The position numbers and the translations under genes were made by a program. Below, piece after piece: positions 55,610 to 64,000 of a DNA stretch of 64,000 bases. Under the pieces are notes generated by a model that saw only the letters and a program-made list of their open reading frames with translations, did no database searches and was not told the origin of the DNA. Within the stretch, counting starts at the first letter, position 1; every line of letters starts with the position of its first letter. This DNA is from Selaginella moellendorffii (lineage: Eukaryota > Plantae > Lycopodiophyta): positions 414,774 to 478,773 of the forward strand of contig NW_003314264.1 of assembly GCF_000143415.4 (NCBI RefSeq), in the 5' to 3' direction.

Positions 55610-56610
55610 TCTTCCTTTGTTGCTCGCTAGAGAAGAAATTTACCAAGTCCTCCACACATGAGCTCTCCAGATGCCTTCTTTTTCGTCGCTAGAGACCTTT
55701 CTTGCGGTCTTTCCCAGAGAACTAGCGCGAGGTTTAGGGCTCCCGGCAATCCAAACTGGCGTGACACCTCCTAGACCTGTTCCTGCCGATCCCGGTCAAA
55801 GCAATCCAATCCTCCCCGAAATTTCACTCGGAATCACGAGCCGCGTGTGACCGCCATTGCCTAGTCTACCGAGATCGCGCGCGGCGGCTGGAGCAGCACC
55901 ATCCTGACCTACGAGGAAAGCCCGGCCGCGGCGCGAGAGATCATCGCCCGGGAGCAGCAGCGCCGCGCGGATCGTGGAGGAGGCGGGGGAGGAGAAGATC
56001 AAACATACCTCTCTCGCGCGCGATTCGCGAAGAGCACACGGCGGAGAGACGCGAGGCGCCCAGTCTCTTGCGTGTTTGCGGCCCCTCTTTAATCTTAAAC
56101 CGTCCCATTTTTCCCATTTACATTCCCCGGCCCCCTTTTAAACGCTCGCGGATCGACGGCTGCGATCGCCCGGCCGCGAGTTACGAAAGAGAGGGAAATT
56201 CTTTCGTTGATCGGACATAGCTAACATTAGCGAGAAGAAAGATTTTTTATTCTCTCTCTCTTCCACGAAGAGGGAAAAGTCCCTGCGTATTTGACTTTAG
56301 AAACTTCGACGTGTTAACAAGTGGTCAACCAGTTCTCAGTAACTTTACGAGTTTTTTTTTTTTTTTTTTGTTCTTTTTTCGCTTTCTCTCTCCATTTTTT
56401 TCAAGGCTTTGCTTTGTTTGATCGATCGACACTGCAAAAGCGAAAGAGACTATCATCAGCAGCTGTCGCTAGCAACAGTGTTGGATCAGAGATGAGATTG
56501 ACAGAGAAAAGTACCCGTGGGTTCGATTTTGTTCCTTCATCTTTGCCAAATCTTTGTCACTCAGTGCTGGAGATGATCATTTAGCACAGCATTAGCAACA
56601 GTAGTGTTCT

Positions 56611-58112
56611 TCAGCTTTCACTTTTGCTTTGATCTTCTAAAGGCAAAAAGCCAAAGCAAGAGGACGTACGTACCTTACCTCCAACGCGCAAATGGAACGA
56701 GTCAGTCAGTCTTCGTCGGATTCGCTGCTGCGCACAAGACTTCCGCGTTAGAATCATAGAAACAAAACAAAGGAGAAGAACAACAAAGAAAACGCAAACC
56801 TTCCAAGCAAGTCGGCCATTCTCATGTTTCTTCTCTGCAGGATTCGCATTGCCGGGGGCACTGTGTCCTTGACGCTGGCCGACGCTTCGGAGATGGACTC
56901 CACTTGTGTGCTCGGGCTCTGGGACTCGCTCCGAGACAAGTTGTTTGCCTTTTTGTGGTGCTTGCTGAAAAGCTTTGCCTCGTTTCGGATGGAGCTCATT
57001 AACGAGGATGTGGGAATGTGGATGAGAGGATCCTCGTGACGTTGATCCTTGCTCGTTGATTCTCGTGGAGTCGGAGCTACCAGGAGTTTTACGTGTTATT
57101 TGAGATTGTAAAAATGAAAGAAGAAAAAGAAGAAAAGCACGCTCACATTCTCGAAGCCATCCACGAACAGCAGCAACGGTTCGTTGTATGTGTTGCGGGC
57201 TTGTGTAGATGACAACATCCTTTCTCTGAGCTTCAACTACAAAGATCAAAACGAAGCTTTAGAATGGAACGAGGAAGAGAAGAAATAATCGAAAACTTAC
57301 CATTGTGAACATCCGAAGAGCAGCCATTGATGGTATGACTGCCAAAATGAAAAACTCTCAGCTTGTTGAAAATGCGTTCTTCCATCAAGAAACGATCGCC
57401 TTACCTCTTTGTTTGGCCGATGTTTCGACTGGACGCATTTGACTTCCTTAGATTTGGCGAGCTTGTCGACGCTTGAGTCCCTGGCAAATCCTTCAACAGC
57501 AACGCCTTAGAATTTGCTTTTCCTTTTACCAGAGAGATTATCAGCCTGGTTAGAGGATCAAACCGGACGCTAGAGGTGTACCTCTCCTCGTAGCGATGCA
57601 AGGCTCCTTTGAAACTCCTCCATCAGAACAGTGAAACGCTTCTCCATGTCTAACGCTGTCCCTTTAGATTCCTGGACAAAAAAAGAAGAAAAAAGAAAAA
57701 TCACATCACGCACAGAGCTTCCTCTTTGAAACTTACAGCCTCGAGCTTCTTTGCTGCGTGAACTTCCTCTGTGAGCTTTTCCAAATCGTTCCTCATCTTA
57801 GAAACCTCTGAAGACAAGAACAAAAAAACGTGTGGGAAAAAAACTTTCGATCGAGCTCTCAAAACTTCCAATCGGTCGTTACCAAGCTTTAGATCATTGA
57901 GGGCGCTTTGCGTCGCGGTGCTGAGCTTCTTAATCGGATCATTCTCTACTTCCGAGCACCCTGGGATCGCATTTTCTCGCCTAAGATGAATGAATAAAAT
58001 ATCGCCACTCACCGGAGAGAGTAGGGGAGGCGCGCTTGCTGCCTAAAATCTTCTGCAGCCTGCGAATGCGCGTCTCGTCGGCCTTCCTTTCGCCATTGCC
58101 TTCGATACCCAT
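56611..58112 (-). CDS. Unknown multi-exon protein with N-terminal coiled coil and disordered C-terminus
   Basis: Regular GT-AG exon/intron pattern, ATG at 58112 (MGIEGNGERK), heptad-rich exons (NDLKLGNDRLEVLR, RNDLEKLTEEV). Boundaries are uncertain. Confidence 0.55.
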
Positions 58113-58220
58113 GACAGTTTGAGCCGTTAAGAACCCTAGAATTTGAGCTAACCGAAAAAACTATACTTTCCCCTTTGTACAAAACCTTTAAAAACTTACA
58201 AAGATCATCAAAGCTATATA

Positions 58221-58980
58221 CTATTGCTTGTCTTTGGATTCGTTTTGTTGGAGCCACTCCATCTGAATCACCATAGCCGAGTCAAGAAAAATATAACCAT
58301 AGAAAGACGAAAGAACTCACCTTCCATGCGTAGATTGCGAAAAATACCGCAACATCGGCTGACCACACAGCCGCGAACGATTTCCACACAAACGGGAGCA
58401 AAACGTTGACAAGCGGAAGTGCCAAGAACAAATAATTCAAAGCATCCTTCTCTTTAGACGAGCAGTCTCTTGCTCGAAGCGATGGAATTGCTACAAACCC
58501 AGCAGAAAAGTTTTCATCAGATAACGAAAAAAAAAGAGAGAGAGGATGGTAACTTACTGAACATCCACACGGACCACATTCCCATCAGTCTCGCAATATC
58601 AGGCTCGTCTGAAGGGAACAAATAGTTGTACGCGAGGAGACCTCCAACAGCCATCGAGAGATAGCCCTGGACTTCGAAAACGGTGTACAAAACGCTGCCT
58701 GGGACGGCCGGGTTTTTCTTTGCAGTGGACGAACGAGGAGCGAAAGTAGCGGCTGTTTTCTTCACTGCCTGGCGAAAAAACATGAGAGCGCCATGAATTT
58801 CAGACCAATCTTTCTGCTTACCTTGGAGAGTTCCTTCTCAACATTGGGACTGGAGCTCGCCTTGGTCTTTTCCTCTGTCTCGACTGTGTCGGGAGGAACA
58901 GCGTTCGCTCTGCATGATGGGAATACTCGGCTCCGAAATCTTCCGGGCGCCAAGCACGGCAGTGTTGTTGCCATAGCCAT
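58221..58980 (-). CDS. RPH1: RESISTANCE TO PHYTOPHTHORA 1-like chloroplast membrane protein, 4 exons
   Basis: Transit peptide, KTAATFAPR...KNPAVPGSVLYTVFEVQGY, RLMGMWSVWMF, TIPSLRARDC, KSFAAVWSAD. Confidence 0.85.
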
Positions 58981-59023
58981 GCCCTCCACCGCTGGTTTAT
59001 CTGACGTGATAGTTTATTATACG

Positions 59024-62000
59024 TTATCCTGTTTGCTTAGAGTATGCACTCCCTGCAACTTCAATTCCCAGAAGTTCTTTGTCGTCATCGGTTTCTGAAA
59101 GTATCTCCTCCTGTAAATTGCAAAGTGGAGCCCTTGATTGATGATCTCCCTTTCGGAGGAAGCCATACCTCTGATTTTAGTCGCTTACTGTCAAGGAGTC
59201 TCTCCACTGTGAACTGTAAAGCTCGTTGCGCTTTGCGAAAGGACGCATGCCTTTTCCGGCATTGCTCGCTAGTTACCTGTGCATGACAGACTACACAGAG
59301 AGTCCTCATGTTTTCCAGGTCGCATTCTCCTGGAAAGCAAGGCTGTAAGTATTTCATACTGACTGTCTCTAGCCTCTTACCTCCGCCAGCAAACACTGGT
59401 ACAATGTGATCGGCATGCCAAGCGTTCCCCTCGATTGGATCTTCGACAAGATTTTGAAGCCTGCAAAAATGCATAAGAAGATGGGGAACAAGAAGAAACA
59501 GTAAACGTACAGCGTTTCGTGTGTGCCAAAAGCCGGGGCCTTTTTAAGAATGTAGGCTCTTCGCAAGTTCACATCGAGATTTCGGATGCACTCCACCAAG
59601 GCATGACAGTCTAGATTGCAAGTCACGCATACGCCGCGTTCCAGTCGGAACAGTTTCTGCAAATGGTAGCTCCAACGTCAGTAGGTAATAAATGTTCACT
59701 CCACGTACCTCACGCATAAAGTGACTGCTAGTCTTCGTCATGTATTCTTCGAAACAATCCGATTTGCAGAACAAGTCCTCCAACGTCGTTGGCTCCCTTG
59801 AATCTTGTCTCCTGTGATGAGCTTTATAAGCGTTGCAAAATTGCGTGGGACACTTACGTGCATGGCCTGTGACAGAGTTTGCACAGAGGATTGTCATCTG
59901 CCGTCCAAGCTTGCAAGATCGGTCTGGAAGACATATTGCCGCGTAAATAAATGTCTCTCCACGATGCTCCGTCTGGTAACGGGCAAGCCAGTTCACCGAT
60001 TGGCCTTCGCCGCCTTTTGCTTCCTCCTTTCACCAATCCCTGAGAAAAAAAGGTGAGAAAAGTACATCCTTCTGCTAAAACGTAAGCATACCCCTTGAGC
60101 TTCAGTTAAGCGGCTGAGTGCCCTTGATAAAGGTAGCTGCAGTGGTCTTCCATACAGCCTTTTTCGATGAACCGGTCGTAATGTCTTCCATTCTCGAATG
60201 AAAGCCATTGAGGCGTCCACAAGAGAAGTATTCTCAAGGAGACAGGTTGGCAGCAACAAATTCCTCTCGGTGCTTGGTATCTGTTCCAGCTTCTCTAAAT
60301 CCTCGGGTTTGAAATTCTCACTTAAGGCGGTCACGACAGGCGGCTCTTCAAGCGACTTCTTGTACAGATGAACTCGGCCAGTGTTCGAGCTTACCTGGAA
60401 AAAAGCCGGTGACATTTCAATCACAACGTGATACCTGTTATGTACCTCAAACATCAACAAGTGTGCATCAAAATTCCAGCTTTCATTGGACGCATTTTGT
60501 TGCGCGGTTTCAGACACAACCCGTCTTCCTTCTGGGACTTCATCCGGCAGCAGACTGTTCTGACATCTCCGTAGCAAACTGCACGCTTTCGTATCACCTG
60601 ACTCTGTTTGATCCATAAGAGTTTCCACCTGGACCAAACAAGCACGTCAATAAACAGCCATGCCAGGAGAGAACTCTAGACCTCTAAACCGGGTATAGCG
60701 TCTTCTGATCCGTTCGTCATTGTAGTTACCCTTTCAAGACTTTTACTGAGTGATTGCCAGTGGCATTCATCTGATGTCTCCTGCAGCATGCAAATTTGAA
60801 CCTCGACTAATAAGTTCAAGAGAAATATACCTTAGCGCAAAATATATAAATGTTAACTGCGCTTTTCTGACCTCTTCGATGTGCTCTGTCCTCCGCCTGC
60901 TAACGAACCGATTGTTAATGCAAATGACTTAAAATGCAACTGACCTGTACAAGTTCTGATGCAGTTTTCGGCAACTCCACAAACACCACATTGCGTGCAG
61001 CAGACAGATCAAGACCAACACCACCCGCTGTGACCCCGACAATAGCCACCTTTACCTTCAATTCCAGTAACGTGTCAACGGGAAACTAAATAAAACATTT
61101 TACCTCATCTTTTTGCCGGAAAATCTCTGTAGCCTTTTGACGGTCTTTCGCATCGGTGTGTCCATCTATCCGAATAAACTCAATTTCTTTTCTTACGATA
61201 AATTCCTGTTGCAGCAACTTATAAGCTAAAGTTTACTAATAAGATACAAACCTGTAGCGAGTTCATAACTTTATGGTGATGACAAAATATGATTAGTTTC
61301 TGCATTTCTTCTTTCACGGCAGAAAAGGGATTGTTTGAGAGCCAGTCCGTCACACCCTTGAGCTTTGCGATTCCAATTTCTTGCGTATTCAGCTGTCTTT
61401 CGTCTGTAGAATTTGATAGTCAAGACAAGTCGACACAAATTTAGAGTGTACAACTACCTCCGTCAGCATCAATAGAAGCCTTCGCTTCCAACATATCGCC
61501 GGAGCTTAGTCTCAATCGTATAATTTGTCTTCGCTTTGGAGGCAGCTGCGTCAGAATCTGATCCTTCAGCCTTCGTATCTAGGAGAAACAAACAAATTAA
61601 AAACTTCAAACAAATTAAAAACTAGTGGCATATATACCATAACTATTTCTCGTAACAAAATGTTTAGCTCCTCCAGCCGGACGCCTCTTTGGTAATCCTG
61701 AAAATAATGGTGAAACTACGTCATAAAATAACACAGTTGACACCTTGTACGCTGCATCACTACTTGAGCTGCAGTAGTTTCGCGCAAAATTATACTTGTT
61801 TTTTCCCAATATGCCCGGCCTGTAAACAAGGCAGATGAGCTTTCTTTGTTAAATATTAAAGAAAAAATTCTTACCACAAAGCGTTAACTTGGTTAAAAAT
61901 ATCGAAAGGCCTAGAGAGTGATGGAGTACCGGAAAGAAAGACCGCCCTTGGCGCAGCTCGAGCCACTTCCATCAGCGCTGTAGTCTATAGTTACTATTCA

Positions 62001-63110
62001 GCCGATATAAAAAATAAAAGTAAACTCGTACCTCTTCGGAATCAGTAGGACGCTTCGAGCATCGGATATTGTGTGATTCGTCAACGATTACCATCTCCCA
62101 GCTGCAACGAAGTATGCTCTCCCGAAGCCGTCTTAGCATATTGTAAGATATTACAACAACTTTTGGTGTTTTCAGATCTTTTAAATCGTCTTCTCGTCCA
62201 AACACTGCACAGGTAGACAGAGTCAAACGTTTGGAAAGAGAAGTCATCAACGTACCAAGATGAACGTCTGAAGGTGAGAGAAATGGAAGCCATCTCTCTA
62301 GTTCTTCGGCCCAGACCAGACGTAGACTAGCGGGACAAACAACAAGTAAAGATCCGTCGTTTAGATAGCATGCCGCGATGGCGATGGCCTGTGTCAAAAA
62401 ACAAGCCATGAGAACAACAGAAACCGTACTCGAAGATTGATTACCTGAAGAGTCTTTCCGAGCCCCATCTCGTCGGCAATTAGCACGCGTCCACCTCTTC
62501 GCAAACCATATCGAATACCATCCCACTGAAAAGGCAATAAGTATTGCTTCAACTTCCAAGGCAGGCCTAGCAAGAGCTTGTCCACGACTGAGTCTGGAGC
62601 ATGCCTCGGGTGGAAGGGAAGCCACTGGTCAGCGTTTCTTAGTTGATGAGAGCAGCTCCTCAAAGAATTGCGTGTGCTCAATGGTATGTGCTCCAACTTC
62701 ACTCCAGGCAACCTCTGCAAAACGTCTGTCACGACCTCGTAGTCTCTCAGTCTATAGACTGGACAGCGATTATAATCGTTGCATGATTTCCAGCACACTG
62801 GTGGCACCTACAAAGGGGGAAAAAACCATGAACTTTGAGAAGGAAATTCTTTTTATTCTCAAACGATAGCTAGACTTACCGATTCCAGCCAATGGTGCAC
62901 TCGGCGAAGTACATCAGAGCAACAGGAATGCGGTGGCACTACGAAAAACTCGCGCGCCGAGCAAATCTCGAGAGAAACCAGATGTGTCTTGCCGCATTTC
63001 TCACCGGAATTCGCCAAAGCTTCCGCATTTTGAGAAGATCTCTGGCGCCGGGCCAAAGCGGCCGCCCGATTCGCCTCCATTCTCCTGCGCTGCTCCTCGC
63101 TGATCTCCAT
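59024..63110 (-). CDS. ZRANB3: SNF2-family annealing helicase with HNH endonuclease (ZRANB3-like), multi-exon
   Basis: SEEQRRRMEANRAAA, LIADEMGLGKTLQ, VDESH, LSGTP, WHADHIVPVFAGGGECDLENMRTLCVVCH. Last exon read as ELLGIEVAGSAYSKQTG-stop at 59024. Confidence 0.92.
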
Positions 63111-63251
63111 GCCCTACTAGGGCTTGAGGAATTGTGACCGTTTAAAACTTTAGGCCTTTGTATTTTTTGTAAGGAATATTCAGTTACTTCAAGACAATAA
63201 TTTCTGGTTTTATTGATCTACAAATGATGGAGAGGATCCATCCTTTTTACA

Positions 63252-63617
63252 CTAAAAATGGAACCCTTTCTTGTCCTCCTTGTCCTTGTTCTTTGAATCT
63301 TCATGATTCATAGACTTCTTTCTGCAGATGTTGATATTGATGTTGATGTTGTTGTTATTGTTGTTGCTCCTCCTGTGCTTGTGAGACCCATGGACTGGAG
63401 GACCTCCATCTTCATGATCATGAACTTCATTTCCATGATCATGATCATCCATCTCAGGAGGATGCATTAGAGAACTGGATGATGGCTCCACTGATGAGTC
63501 TTGATCAGCAACACCATTGCCCAAAGACAAGAGCTCCCTTCTACCCAAAGAAGAAGACACTGCTACCTGAAAACTCGCAAAGGCAAAAACTAGGAACAAC
63601 ACCAAAGCAGCCTTCAT
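63252..63617 (-). CDS. Small secreted His/Asp- and Asn-rich protein (121 aa)
   Basis: Clear signal peptide MKAALVLFLVFAFASFQVAVSS, TATA-like ATATATAA about 70 bp upstream, single exon. Confidence 0.8.
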   Translation of the reverse strand: MKAALVLFLVFAFASFQVAVSSSLGRRELLSLGNGVADQDSSVEPSSSSLMHPPEMDDHDHGNEVHDHEDGGPPVHGSHKHRRSNNNNNNINININICRKKSMNHEDSKNKDKEDKKGFHF

Positions 63618-63788
63618 TTTTGTAGTAGTGATTAATGGAGCTCAATCAACTCTTACTGAATAATCGCTAGACCTTCCAGGCCTTATATATTATGTTATAC
63701 TCCAGCATGCATTGCCAAGTGGTTGAATGCTTCATGCATTCAACCATTGCTTGATAAAAATCAAAATCTAATATTGTGAACATATAAT

Positions 63789-63872
63789 GTCAGGATGGCC
63801 GAGCGGTCTAAGGCGGCAGACTCAAGTTCTGCTCCTCTCACGAGGGCGTGGGTTCAAATCCCACTTCTGACA
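63789..63872 (+). tRNA. tRNA-Leu (anticodon CAA)
   Basis: GTCAGGA/TTCTGAC acceptor stem, A box TGGCCGAGCGG, anticodon arm GCAGA-CT-CAA-GT-TCTGC, B box GTTCAAATC, downstream TTTT. Confidence 0.96.
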
Positions 63873-64000
63873 TGAAAATGTACCCTTTATATTTATACAT
63901 TCACATTCAAGAACAAAAACTATATCACTTTACCTTTACGTTTTGCAGTTTATCGCGTCAAGTCATTGTTTCTCGACTTTGGCAGCATCATCCGATCCTG

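Noticed and set aside
56490-56565. TTGACAGAGAAAAGT resembling the miR156 5' end with a partial fold-back
   Set aside because: Too many mismatches to miR156 and the stem is too short for a pre-miRNA.
58200-58327. Apparent MEDGVAPTK start for the coiled-coil gene
   Set aside because: These exons are better explained as the RPH1 C-terminus (YAWK|MEWLQQNESKDKQ-stop).

Overview
Eukaryotic, very gene-dense land-plant nuclear DNA with many ~50-bp GT-AG introns and intergenic gaps often under 150 bp. The style suggests a lycophyte such as Selaginella, which is an inference. About 26 protein-coding loci and 2 tRNAs are supported: CSLA mannan synthase, O-fucosyltransferase, RPA70, SIAMESE-related CDK inhibitor, TAXI/EDGP-like protein, mitochondrial Lon, PRP16 helicase, TRAF zinc-finger protein, trihelix factor, tRNA-Ser(GCU), prolidase, organellar RPL19, PYROXD2-like oxidoreductase, GDSL lipase, QWRF protein, an unknown multi-pass membrane protein, a divergent cytosolic HSP90, three tandem BAHD acyltransferase copies, a small putative mitochondrial protein, CCR4 deadenylase, UDP-glucose 4-epimerase, alpha-tubulin (spanning an N gap), a C2-GRAM-VASt protein, an unknown coiled-coil protein, RPH1, a ZRANB3-like helicase, a secreted His/Asn-rich protein and tRNA-Leu(CAA). 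The most unusual region is 35.3-43.4 kb. It holds a membrane protein with motifs recalling fungal CtvD/AurD-type epoxide hydrolases, an HSP90 with a truncated charged linker and ATP-pocket substitutions, and a BAHD array. The third BAHD copy carries a 220-bp internal inversion that restores a full ORF when flipped and makes its transcript partly antisense to the intact neighbour. Exon boundaries and family calls were made by eye and from memory of motifs; no database searches were run.
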